NCBI GenBank assembly: GCA_964016885.1
Contig: OZ024741.1
Coordinates: 51,708,001 to 51,772,000, forward strand
Origin: Eledone cirrhosa
Taxonomy: Eukaryota
Reading direction: 5' to 3'
DNA length: 64,000 nt
The stretch's first letter is position 1, and each line of letters opens with the position of its first letter. The notes beneath the pieces were generated by a model that ran no database searches, had not been told where the DNA came from, and worked only from the letters and a program-made list of their open reading frames with translations. Below are positions 35,840-48,400 of the stretch, one piece after another. Made by a program: the position numbers and the translations under genes.

Positions 35840-36460
35840 TGGTGTTGCAATGTAGTATGTTCCTGTGGTGTTGTAGTGGTGTTGTGATGGTGTTGTGTTG
35901 CGTTGTAGTGGTGTTGCAGTGTGTTGTAGTGTTGTGGTGGTGTAGTGGTGTTGTAAGGGTTTGTTGTGGTGTTTTGGTATTGTGGTGTTGTAGTGATATT
36001 GTGGGGATATTGTAGTGGTGTTGTAGGGGTGTGGTGTGTTGTGCTGTTGTGGCGTAGCGATGTTGTGGTGATGTTGGGGGGTGTTGTAGTGGTGTTGCAG
36101 TGTGCTATATTCCTGTGTTGTTTTAGTGGTGTTGTGGTGGTGTTGAAGTGTGTGGTGGTGTGTGGCAATGGTGTTGCAGTGTGGTATACTACTGGGGTGT
36201 TGCAGTGTGTTGTGGTGTTGTGGTGTTGTGGTGTTGTGGGGGTGTTCTGGTGTGTAGGGGTGATGTGGTACATTGTATTGGTGTTGTAGCGGTGTTGTAG
36301 TGGTGTTGTAGTGGTGTTGTAGTGGTGTGTAGTGGTGTGTAGTGGTTGTGTTGTAGAGGAGCATACTTTTTTGGGGTGTGATTGAGATGGTCATGGCTGG
36401 AACATACATGCTTTCTGAATTAGTAGTGGGGCAAGGGTGGTGTTGTGGTGTGTTGTAGAT
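35840..36460. repeat. Degenerate GT-rich low-complexity tract (GTGTTGT/GGTGTTGTAGT) grading into the 58-bp satellite
   Basis: Irregular TGTTGTAGTGG-type reiterations without a fixed long period. Confidence 0.85.
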
Positions 36461-39400
36461 GTGTTGTGTGGTGGTATAGAGTTTGGGAGTGGTGTAGGAG
36501 ACATAGTGTTGTTAGGAGAGTGTTGTGGGGGTGGTATAGGAGACATAGTATTGTAGGAGAGTGTTGTGTGGTGGTATAGAGTTTGGGAGTGGTGTAGGAG
36601 ACATAGTGTTGTTAGGAGAGTGTTGTGTGGTGGTATAGAGTTGGGAGTGGTGTAGAAGACATAGTGTTGTTAGGAGAGTGTTGTGGGGGTGGTATAGGAG
36701 ACATAGTATTGTAGGAGAGTGTTGTGTGGTGGTATAGAGATTAGGAGTGGTGTAGGAGACGTAGTGTTGTTAGGAGAGTGTTGTGTGGTGGTATAGAGTT
36801 TGGGAGTGGTGTAGGAGACATAGTATTGTAGGATAGTGTTGTGTGGTGGTATAGAGTTTGGGAGTGATTGTAGGAGACATAGTGTTGTTAGGAGAGTGTT
36901 GTGTGGTGGTATAGAGTTTGGGAGTGGTGTAGGAAAAATAGTGTTGTTAGGAGAGTGTTGTGTGGTGGTATAGAGTTTGGGAGTGGTGTAGGAGACATAG
37001 TGTTGTAGGATAGTGTTGTGTGGTGGTATAGAGTTTGGGAGTGGTGTAGGAGACATAGTGTTGTAGGAGAGTGTTGTGTGGTTGAATAGAGTTTGGGAGT
37101 GGTGTAGGAGACATAGTGTTGTAGGAGAGTGTTGTGTGGTGGTATAAAGTTGAGGAGTGGTGTAGGAGACATAGTGTTGTAGGAGAGTGTTGTGTGGTGG
37201 TATAGAGTTTGGGGGTGGTGTAGGAGACATAGTGTTGTAGGAGAGTGTTGTGTGGTGGTATAGAGTTTGGGAGTGGTGTAAGAGACATAGTATTGTAGGA
37301 GAGTGTTGTGTTGTGGTATAGAGTTGGGAGTGGTGTAGAAGACATAGTGTTATTAGGAGAGTGTTGTGTGGTGGTATAGAGTTGGGAGTGGTGTAGAAGA
37401 CATAGTGTTGTTAGGAGAGTGTTGTGTGGTGGTATAGAGTTGGGAGTGGTGTAGAAGACATAGTGTTACTAGGAGAGTGTTGTGTGGTGGTATAGAGTTG
37501 GGAGTGGTGTAGAAGACATAGTGTTGTTAGGAGAGTGTTGTGTGGTGGTATAGAAGACATAGTATTATAGGACAGTGTTGTGTGGTGGTATAGAGTTTGG
37601 GAGTACTGTAGGAGACATAGTGTTGTTAGGAGAGTGTTGTGTGGTGGTATAGAGTTTGGGAGTGGTGTAGGAGACATAGTATTGTAGGAGAGAGTTGTGT
37701 GGTGGTATAGAGTTTGGGTGTGGTGTAGGAGACATAGTGTTGTTAGGAGAGTGTTGTGTGGTAGTATAGAGTTTGGGAGTGGTGTAGGTGACAGTGTTGT
37801 AGGAGAGTGTTGTGTGGTGGTATAGAGTTTGGGAGTGGTGTAGGAGACATATGTTGTAGGAGAGTGTTGTGTGGTGGTATAGAGTTTGAGGGTGGTGTAG
37901 GTGACATAGTATTGTAGGAGAGTGTTGTGTGGTGGTATAGAGTTTGGGAGTGGTGTAGGAGACATAGTGTTGTTAGGAGAGTATTGTGTTGTGGTATAGA
38001 GTTTGGGAGCGGTGTAGGAGACATAGTGTTGTAGGAGAGTGTTGTGTGGTGGTATAGAGTTTGGGAGTGGTGTAGGAGACATTGTGTTGTAGGAGAGTGT
38101 TGTGTGGTGGTATAGAGTTTGGGAGTGGTGTAGGAGACATAGTGTTGTAGGAGAGTGTTTTATGGTTGAATAGAGTTTGGGAGTGGTGTAGGAGACAGAG
38201 TGTTGTAGGAGAGTGTTGTGTGGTGGTATAGAGTTTGGGAGGGGTGTAGGAGACATAGTGTTGTAGGAGAGGGTTGTGTGGTGGTATAGAGTTTGAGAGT
38301 GGTGTAGGAGACATAGTGTTGTAGGAGAGTGTTGTGTGGTGGTATAGAGTTTGGGAGTGGTGTAGGAGACATAGTGTTGTGTGGTGGTATAGGGTTTGGG
38401 AGTAGTGTAGGAGACATAGTGTTGTAGGAGAGTGTTGTGTGGTGGTATAGAGTTTGGGAGTGGTTGTATAGGAGACAGTGTTGTAGGAGAGTGTTGTGTG
38501 GTGGTATAGAGTTTGGGAGTGGTGTAGGAGACATAGTGTTGTAGGAGAGTGTTGTGTGGTGGTATAGAGTTTGGGAGTGGTGTAGGAGACATATGTTGTA
38601 GGAGAGTGTTGTGTGGTGGTATAGAGTTTGGGAGTCGTGTAGGAGACATAGTGTTGTAGGAGAGTGTTGTGTGGTGGTATAGAGTTTGGGAGTGGTGTAG
38701 GAGACATAGTATTGTAGGAGAGTGTTGTGTGGTGGTATAGAGTTTGAGAGTGGTGTAGGAGACATGGTGTTGTAGGAGAGTGTTGTGTGGTGGTATAGAT
38801 TTTGGGAGTGGTGTAGGAGACATAGTGTTGTTAGGAGAGTGTTGTGTGGTGGTATAGAGTTTGGGAGGGGTGTAGGAGACATATGTTGTAGGAGAGTGTT
38901 GTGTGGTGGTATAGAGTTTGGGAGTCGTGTAGGAGACATAGTGTTGTAGGAGTGTGTTGTGTGGTGGTATAGAGTTTGGGAGTGGTGTAGGAGACATAGT
39001 ATTGTAGGAGAGTGTTGTGTGGTGGTATAGAGTTTGAGAGTGGTGTAGGAGACATGGTGTTGTAGGAGAGTGTTGTGTGGTGGTATAGATTTTGGGAGTG
39101 GTGTAGGAGACATAGTGTTGTTAGGAGAGTGTTGTGTGGTGGTATAGAGTTTGGGAGGGGTGTAGGAGACATATGTTGTAGGAGAGTGTTGTGTGGTGGT
39201 ATAGAGTTTGGGAGTCGTGTAGGAGACATAGTGTTGTAGGAGAGTGTTGTGTGGTGGTATAAAGTTTGGGAGGAGTGTAGGAGACATAGTGTTGTAGGAG
39301 AGTGTTGTGTGGCGGTATAGAGTTTGGGAGGGGTGTAGGAGACATAGTGTTGTAGGAGAGTGTTGTGTGGTGGTATAGAGTTTGGGAGTGGTGTAGGAGA

Positions 39401-42400
39401 CATAGTGTTGTAGTAGAGTGTTGTGTGGTGGTATAGAGTTTGGGAGTGGTGTAGGAGACATAGTTTTGTTAAGAGTGTGTTGTGTGGTGGTATAGAGTTG
39501 GGAGTGGTGTAGAAGACATAGTGTTGTTAGGAGAGTGTTGTGTGGTGGCATAGGAGACATAGTATTGTAGGAGAGTGTTGTGTGGTGGTATAGAGTTTGG
39601 GAGTGGTGTAGGAGACAGTGTTGTAGGAGAGTGTTGTGTGGTGGTATAGAGTCTGGGAGTGGTGTAGGAGACATAGTGTTGTTAGGAGAGTGTTGTGTGG
39701 TGGTATAGAGTTTGGGAGTGGTGTAGGAGACATAGTGTTGTAGGAGAGTGTTGTGTGGTGGTATAGAGTTTGGGAGTGGTGTAGGAGACAGTGTTGTAGG
39801 AGTGTGTTGTGTGGTGGTATAGAGTTTGGGAATGGTGTAGGAGACAGTGTTGTAGGAGAGTGTTGTGTGGTGGTATAGAGTTTGGGAGTGGTGTAGGAGA
39901 CAGTGTTGTAGGAGTGTGTTGTGTGGTGGTATAGAGTTTGGGAATGGTGTAGGAGACAGTGTTGTAGGAGAGTGTTGTGTGGTGGTATAGAGTTTGGGAG
40001 TGGTGTAGGAGACAGTGTTGTAGGAGTGTGTTGTGTGGTGGTATAGAGTTTGGGAGTGGTCTAGGGGACATAGTGTTGTAGGAGAGTGTTGTGTGGTGGT
40101 ATAGAGTTTGGGAGTGGTGTAGGAGACAGTGTTGTAGGAGAGTGTTGTGTGGTGGTATAGAGTTTGGGAGTGGTGTAGGAGACATAGTGTTGTAAGAGAG
40201 TGTTGTGTGGTGGTATAGAGTTTGGGAGTGGTCTAGGGGACATAGTGTTGTAGGAGAGTGTTGTGTGGTGGTATAGAGTTTGGGAGTGGTGTAGGAGACA
40301 TAGTATTGTAGGAAAGTGTTGTATGGTTGTATAGAGTTTGGGAATGGTGTAGCAGACATAGTGTTGTAGGAGAGTGTTGTGTGGTGGTATAGAGTTTGGG
40401 AATGGTGTAGGAGACAGTGTTGTAGGAGAGTGTTGTGTGGTGGTATAGAGTTTGGGAGTGGTGTAGGAGACAGTGTGGTAGGAGAGTGTTGTGTGGTGGT
40501 ATAGAGTTTGGGAGTGGTGTAGGGGACATAGTGTTGTAGGAGAGTGTTGTGTGGTGGTATAGAGTTTGGAAGTGGTGTAGGAGACATAGTGTTGTTAGGA
40601 GAGTGTTGTGTGGTGGTATAGAGTTTGGGAGTGGTGGAGGAGACAGTGTTGTAGGAGAGTGTTGTGTGGTGGTATAGAGTTTGTGAATAGTGTAGGAGAC
40701 ATAGTATTGTAGGAAAGTGTTGTATGGTTGTATAGAGTTTGGGAATGGTGTAGGAGACAGTGTTGTAGGAGAGTGTTGTGTGGTGGTATAGAGTTTGGGA
40801 GTGGTGTAGGAGACATAGTGTTGTAGGAGAGTGTTGTGTGGTGGTATAGAGTTTGGGAGTGGTGTAGGAGACAGTGTTGTAGGAGAGTGTTGTGTGGTGG
40901 TATAGAGTTTGGGAGTGGTGTAGGGGACATAGTGTTGTAGGAGAGTGTTGTGTGGTGGTATAGAGTTTGGAAGTGGTGTAGGAGACATAGTGTTGTCAGG
41001 AGAGTGTTGTGTGGTGGTATAGAGTTTGGGAGTGGTGTAGGAGACATAGTGTTGTAGGAGAGTGTTGTGTGGTGGTATAGAGTTTGGGAGTGGTGTAAGA
41101 GACATAGTATTGTAGGAGAGTGTTGTGTTGTGGTATAGAGTTGGGAGTGGTGTAGAAGACATAGTGTTATTAGGAGAGTGTTGTGTGGTGGTATAGAGTT
41201 GGGAGTGGTGTAGAAGACATAGTGTTGTTAGGAGAGTGTTGTGTGGTGGTATAGAGTTGGGAGTGGTGTAGAAGACATAGTGTTATTAGGAGAGTGTTGT
41301 GTGGTGGTATAGAGTTGGGAGTGGTGTAGAAGACATAGTGTTGTTAGGAGAGTGTTGTGTGGTGGTATAGAAGACATAGTATTATAGGACAGTGTTGTGT
41401 GGTGGTATAGAGTTTGGGAGTGCTGTAGGAGACATAGTGTTGTTAGGAGAGTGTTGTGTGGTGGTATAGAGTTTGGGAGTGGTGTAGGAGACATAGTATT
41501 GTAGGAGAGTGTTGTGTGGTGGTATACAGTTTGGGAGTGGTGTAGGAGACATAGTATTGTAGGAGACAGTTGTGTGGTGGTATAGAGTTTGGGTGTGGTG
41601 TAGGAGACATAGTGTTGTTAGGAGAGTGTTGTGTGGTGGTATAGAGTTTGGGAGTGGTGTAGGAGACATAGTGTTGTAGGAGAGTGTTGTATGGTTGAAT
41701 AGAGTTTGGGAGTGGTGTAGGAGACAGAGTGTTGTAGGAGAGTGTTGTGTGGTGGTATAGAGTTTGGGAGGGGTGTAGGAGACATAGTGTTGTAGGAGAG
41801 GGTTGTGTGGTGGTATAGAGTTTGAGAGTGGTGTAGGAGACATAGTGTTGTAGGAGAGTGTTGTGTGGTGGTATAGAGTTTGGGAGTGGTGTAGGAGACA
41901 TAGTGTTGTGTGGTGGTATAGGGTTTGGGAGTAGTGTAGGAGACATAGTGTTGTAGGAGAGTGTTGTGTGGTGGTATAGAGTTTGGGAGTGGTTGTATAG
42001 GAGACAGTGTTGTAGGAGAGTGTTGTGTGGTGGTATAGAGTTTGTGAATAGTGTAGGAGACATAGTATTGTAGGAGAGTGTTGTGTGGTGCTATAGAGTT
42101 TGGGAATGGTGTAGGAGACAGTGTTGTAGGAGTGTGTTGTGTGGTGGTATAGAGTTTGGGAGTGGTGTAGGAGACATAGTGTTGTGTGGTGGTATAGGGT
42201 TTGGGAGTAGTGTAGGAGACATAGTGTTGTTAGGAGAGTGTTGTGTGGTGGTATAGAGTTTGGGAGGGGTGTAGGAGACATAATGTTGTAGGAGAGTGTT
42301 GTGTGGTGGTATAGAGTTTGGGAGGAGTGTAGGAGACATAGTGTTGTAGGAGAGTGTTGTGTGGTGGTATAGAGTTTGGGAGGGGTGTAGGAGACATATG

Positions 42401-45400
42401 TTGTAGGAGAGTGTTGTGTGGTGGTATAGAGTTTGGGAGTCGTGTAGGAGACATAGTGTTGTAGGAGAGTGTTGTGTGGTGGTATAGAGTTTGGGAGTGG
42501 TGTAGGAGACATAGTGTTGTAGTAGAGTGTTGTGTGGTGGTATAGAGTTAAGGAGTGGTGTAGGAGACATAGTGTTGTTAAGAGTGTGTTGTGTGGTGGT
42601 ATAGAGTTGGGAGTGGTGTAGAAGACATAGTGTTGTTAGGAGAGTGTTGTGTGGTGGCATAGGAGACATAGTATTGTAGGAGAGTGTTGTGTGGTGGTAT
42701 AGACTTTGGGAGTGGTGTAGGAGACAGTGTTGTAGGAGAGTGTTGTGTGGTGGTATAGAGTCTGGGAGTGGTGTAGGAGACATAGTGTTGTTAGGAGAGT
42801 GTTGTGTGGTGGTATAGAGTTAGGGAGTGGTGTAGGAGACATAGTGTTGTAGGAGAGTGTTGTGTGGTGGTATAGAGTTTGGGAATGGTGTAGGAGACAG
42901 TGTTGTAGGAGTGTGTTGTGTGGTGGTATAGAGTTTGGGAGTGGTGTAGGAAAAATAGTGTTGTTAGGAGAGTGTTGTGTGGTGGTATAGGAGACATATT
43001 GTTGTAGGAGAGGGTTGTGTGGTGGTATAGAGTTTGGGAGTGGTGTAGGAGACATAGTGTGGTAGGAGAGTGTTGTGTGGTGGTATAGAGTTTGGTAGTG
43101 GTGTACGAGACATTGTGTTGTAGGACAGTGTTATGTGGTGGTATAGAGTTTGGGAGTGGTGTAGGAGACATAGTGTTGTAGGAGAGTGTTGTGTGGTGGT
43201 ATAGAGTTTGGGAGTGGTGTAGGAGACATAGTGTTGTAGGAGAGTGTTGTGTGGTGGTATAGAGTTTGGCAGTGTTGTAGGAGACATAGTGTTGTAGGAG
43301 AGTGTTGTGTGGTGGTATAGAGTTTGGGAGGGGGGTAGGAGACATAGTGTTGTAGGAGAGTGTTGTGTGGTGGCATAGAGTTGGAGAGTGGTGTAGGAGA
43401 CAGTGTTGTAGGAGAGTGGTGTGTGGTGGTATAGAATTTGGGAGTGGTGTAGGAGACATAGTGTTGTAGGAGAGTGTTGTGTGGTGGTATAGAGTTTGGG
43501 AGTGGTGTAGAAGACATAGTGTTGTTGGAGAGGGTTGTGTGGTTGAATAGAGTTTGGGAGTGGTGTAGGAGACATAGTGTTGTAGGATAGTGTTGTGTGG
43601 TGGTATAGAGTTTGGGAGTGGTTGTATAGGAGACAGTGTTGTAGGAGAGTGTTGTGTGGTGGTATAGAGTTTGGGAGTCGTGTAGGAGACATAGTGTTGT
43701 ATGAGAGTGTTGTGTGGTGGTATAGAGTTTGGGAGTGGTGTAGGAGACATAGTGTTGTTAGGAGAGTGTTGTGTGGTGGTATAGAGTTTGGAAGTGGTGT
43801 AGGAGACATATGTTGTAGGAGAGTGTTGTGTGATGGTATAGAGTTTGGGAGTGGTGTAGGAGACATATGTTGTAGGAGAGTGTTGTGTGGTGGTATAGAG
43901 TTTGAGAGTGGTGTAGGAGACATAGTGTTGTAGGAGAGTGTTGTGTGGTGGTATAGAGTTTGGGAGTGGTGTAGGAGACAGTGTTGTAAGAGAGTGTTGT
44001 GTGGTGGTATAGAGTTTGGGAGTGGTGTAGGAGACATAGTATTGTAGGAGAGTGTTGTGTGATGGTATAGAGTTTGGGAGTGGTGTAGGAGACATATGTT
44101 GTAGGAGAGTGTTGTGTGGTGGTATAGAGTTTGAGAGTGGTGTAGGAGACATAGTGTTGTAGGAGAGTGTTGTGTGGTGGTATAGAGTTTGGGAGTGGTG
44201 TAGGAGACATAGTGTTGTAGGAGAGAGTTGTGTGGTGGTATAGAGTTTGGGAGTGGTGTAGGAGACATAGTATTGTAGGAGAGAGTTTTGTGGTGGTATA
44301 GAGTTTGGGAGTGGTGTAGGAGACATAGAGTTGTAGGAGAGTGTTGTGTGGTGGTATAGAGTTTGGGAGTGGTGTAGGAGACATAGTGTTGTAGGAGAGT
44401 GTTGTGTGGTGGTATAGAGTTTGGGAGTGGTGTAGGAGACATAGTGTTGTAGGAGAGGGTTGTTTGGTAGTATAGAGTTTGGGAGTGGTGTAGGAGACAT
44501 AGTGTGGTAGGAGAGTGTTGTGTGGTGGTATAGAGTTTGGGAGTGGTGTAGGAGACATAGTGTTGTTAGGAGTGTGTTGTGTGGTGGTATAGAGTTTGGG
44601 AGTGGTGTAGGAGACATAGTGTTGTAGGAGAGTGTTGTGTGGTTGAATACAGTTTGGGAGTGGTATAGGAGACATAGTGTTGTAGGAGAGTGTTGTGTGG
44701 TGGTATAGAGTTTGGGAGTGGTGTAGGAGACATAGAGTTGTAGGAGAGTGTTGTGTGGTGGTATAGAGTTTGGGAGTGGTGTAGGAGACATAGTGTTGTA
44801 GGAGAGGGTTGTTTGGTAGTATAGAGTTTGGGAGTGGTGTAGGAGACATAGTGTGGTAGGAGAGTGTTGTGTGGTGGTATAGAGTTTGGGAGGGGTGTAG
44901 GAGACATAGTGTTGTAGGAGAGGGTTGTGTGGTGGTATAGAGTTTGAGAGTGGTGTAGGAGACATAGTGTTGTAGGAGAGTGTTGTGTGGTGGTATAGAG
45001 TTTGGGAGTGGTGTAGGAGACATAGTGTTGTGTGGTGGTATAGGGTTTGGGAGTAGTGTAGGAGACATAGTGTTGTAGGAGAGTGTTGTGTGGTGGTATA
45101 GAGTTTGGGAGTGGTTGTATAGGAGACAGTGTTGTAGGAGAGTGTTGTGTGGTGGTATAGAGTTTGTGAATAGTGTAGGAGACATAGTATTGTAGGAGAG
45201 TGTTGTGTGGTGCTATAGAGTTTGGGAATGGTGTAGGAGACAGTGTTGTAGGAGTGTGTTGTGTGGTGGTATAGAGTTTGGGAGTGGTGTAGGAGACATA
45301 GTGTTGTGTGGTGGTATAGGGTTTGGGAGTAGTGTAGGAGACATAGTGTTGTTAGGAGAGTGTTGTGTGGTGGTATAGAGTTTGGGAGGGGTGTAGGAGA

Positions 45401-48400
45401 CATAATGTTGTAGGAGAGTGTTGTGTGGTGGTATAGAGTTTGGGAGGAGTGTAGGAGACATAGTGTTGTAGGAGAGTGTTGTGTGGTGGTATAGAGTTTG
45501 GGAGGGGTGTAGGAGACATATGTTGTAGGAGAGTGTTGTGTGGTGGTATAGAGTTTGGGAGTCGTGTAGGAGACATAGTGTTGTAGGAGAGTGTTGTGTG
45601 GTGGTATAGAGTTTGGGAGTGGTGTAGGAGACATAGTGTTGTAGTAGAGTGTTGTGTGGTGGTATAGAGTTAAGGAGTGGTGTAGGAGACATAGTGTTGT
45701 TAAGAGTGTGTTGTGTGGTGGTATAGAGTTGGGAGTGGTGTAGAAGACATAGTGTTGTTAGGAGAGTGTTGTGTGGTGGCATAGGAGACATAGTATTGTA
45801 GGAGAGTGTTGTGTGGTGGTATAGACTTTGGGAGTGGTGTAGGAGACAGTGTTGTAGGAGAGTGTTGTGTGGTGGTATAGAGTCTGGGAGTGGTGTAGGA
45901 GACATAGTGTTGTTAGGAGAGTGTTGTGTGGTGGTATAGAGTTAGGGAGTGGTGTAGGAGACATAGTGTTGTAGGAGAGTGTTGTGTGGTGGTATAGAGT
46001 TTGGGAATGGTGTAGGAGACAGTGTTGTAGGAGTGTGTTGTGTGGTGGTATAGAGTTTGGGAGTGGTGTAGGAAAAATAGTGTTGTTAGGAGAGTGTTGT
46101 GTGGTGGTATAGGAGACATATTGTTGTAGGAGAGGGTTGTGTGGTGGTATAGAGTTTGGGAGTGGTGTAGGAGACATAGTGTGGTAGGAGAGTGTTGTGT
46201 GGTGGTATAGAGTTTGGTAGTGGTGTACGAGACATTGTGTTGTAGGACAGTGTTATGTGGTGGTATAGAGTTTGGGAGTGGTGTAGGAGACATAGTGTTG
46301 TAGGAGAGTGTTGTGTGGTGGTATAGAGTTTGGGAGTGGTGTAGGAGACATAGTGTTGTAGGAGAGTGTTGTGTGGTGGTATAGAGTTTGGCAGTGTTGT
46401 AGGAGACATAGTGTTGTAGGAGAGTGTTGTGTGGTGGTATAGAGTTTGGGAGGGGGGTAGGAGACATAGTGTTGTAGGAGAGTGTTGTGTGGTGGCATAG
46501 AGTTGGAGAGTGGTGTAGGAGACAGTGTTGTAGGAGAGTGGTGTGTGGTGGTATAGAATTTGGGAGTGGTGTAGGAGACATAGTGTTGTAGGAGAGTGTT
46601 GTGTGGTGGTATAGAGTTTGGGAGTGGTGTAGAAGACATAGTGTTGTTGGAGAGGGTTGTGTGGTTGAATAGAGTTTGGGAGTGGTGTAGGAGACATAGT
46701 GTTGTAGGATAGTGTTGTGTGGTGGTATAGAGTTTGGGAGTGGTTGTATAGGAGACAGTGTTGTAGGAGAGTGTTGTGTGGTGGTATAGAGTTTGGGAGT
46801 CGTGTAGGAGACATAGTGTTGTATGAGAGTGTTGTGTGGTGGTATAGAGTTTGGGAGTGGTGTAGGAGACATAGTGTTGTTAGGAGAGTGTTGTGTGGTG
46901 GTATAGAGTTTGGAAGTGGTGTAGGAGACATATGTTGTAGGAGAGTGTTGTGTGATGGTATAGAGTTTGGGAGTGGTGTAGGAGACATATGTTGTAGGAG
47001 AGTGTTGTGTGGTGGTATAGAGTTTGAGAGTGGTGTAGGAGACATAGTGTTGTAGGAGAGTGTTGTGTGGTGGTATAGAGTTTGGGAGTGGTGTAGGAGA
47101 CAGTGTTGTAAGAGAGTGTTGTGTGGTGGTATAGAGTTTGGGAGTGGTGTAGGAGACATAGTATTGTAGGAGAGTGTTGTGTGATGGTATAGAGTTTGGG
47201 AGTGGTGTAGGAGACATATGTTGTAGGAGAGTGTTGTGTGGTGGTATAGAGTTTGAGAGTGGTGTAGGAGACATAGTGTTGTAGGAGAGTGTTGTGTGGT
47301 GGTATAGAGTTTGGGAGTGGTGTAGGAGACATAGTGTTGTAGGAGAGAGTTGTGTGGTGGTATAGAGTTTGGGAGTGGTGTAGGAGACATAGTATTGTAG
47401 GAGAGAGTTTTGTGGTGGTATAGAGTTTGGGAGTGGTGTAGGAGACATAGAGTTGTAGGAGAGTGTTGTGTGGTGGTATAGAGTTTGGGAGTGGTGTAGG
47501 AGACATAGTGTTGTAGGAGAGTGTTGTGTGGTGGTATAGAGTTTGGGAGTGGTGTAGGAGACATAGTGTTGTAGGAGAGGGTTGTTTGGTAGTATAGAGT
47601 TTGGGAGTGGTGTAGGAGACATAGTGTGGTAGGAGAGTGTTGTGTGGTGGTATAGAGTTTGGGAGTGGTGTAGGAGACATAGTGTTGTTAGGAGTGTGTT
47701 GTGTGGTGGTATAGAGTTTGGGAGTGGTGTAGGAGACATAGTGTTGTAGGAGAGTGTTGTGTGGTTGAATACAGTTTGGGAGTGGTATAGGAGACATAGT
47801 GTCGTAGGAGAGTGTTGTGTGGTGGTATAGAGTTTGGGAGTGGTGTAGGAGACATAGAGTTGTAGGAGAGTGTTGTGTGGTGGTATAGAGTTTGGGAGTG
47901 GTGTAGGAGACATAGTGTTGTAGGAGAGGGTTGTTTGGTAGTATAGAGTTTGGGAGTGGTGTAGGAGACATAGTGTGGTAGGAGAGTGTTGTGTGGTGGT
48001 ATAGAGTTTGGGAGTGGTGTAGGAGACATAGTGTTGTAGGAGAGTGTTGTGTGGTTGAATAGAGTTTGGGAGTGGTGTAGGAGACATAGTGTTGTAGGAG
48101 AGTGTTGTGTGGTGGTATAGAGTTTGGGAGTGGTGTAGGAGACATAGTGTTGTAGGAGAGTGTTGTGTGGTGGTATAGAGTTTGGGAGTGGTGTAGGAGA
48201 CATAGTGTTGTAGGAGAGTGTTGTGTGGTGGTATAGAGTTTGGGAGGGGGGTAGGAGACATAGTGTTGTAGGACAGTGTTGTGTGGTGGTATAGAGTTTG
48301 GGAGTGGTGTAGGAGATATAGTATTGTAGGAGAGTGTTGTGTGGTGGTATAGAGTTTGGGAGTGGTGTAAGAGACATAGTGTTGTTAGGAGAGTGTTATG

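Larger units (their letters stand above)
30548..35840. repeat. ~41-bp minisatellite (TTGCTAGAAATAGCAGCCAAATCCCCTTCAAACCACACCTA) in three blocks split by CR1 insertions
   Basis: Blocks at about 30548-31222, 31913-32245 and 35610-35840. Confidence 0.9.
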
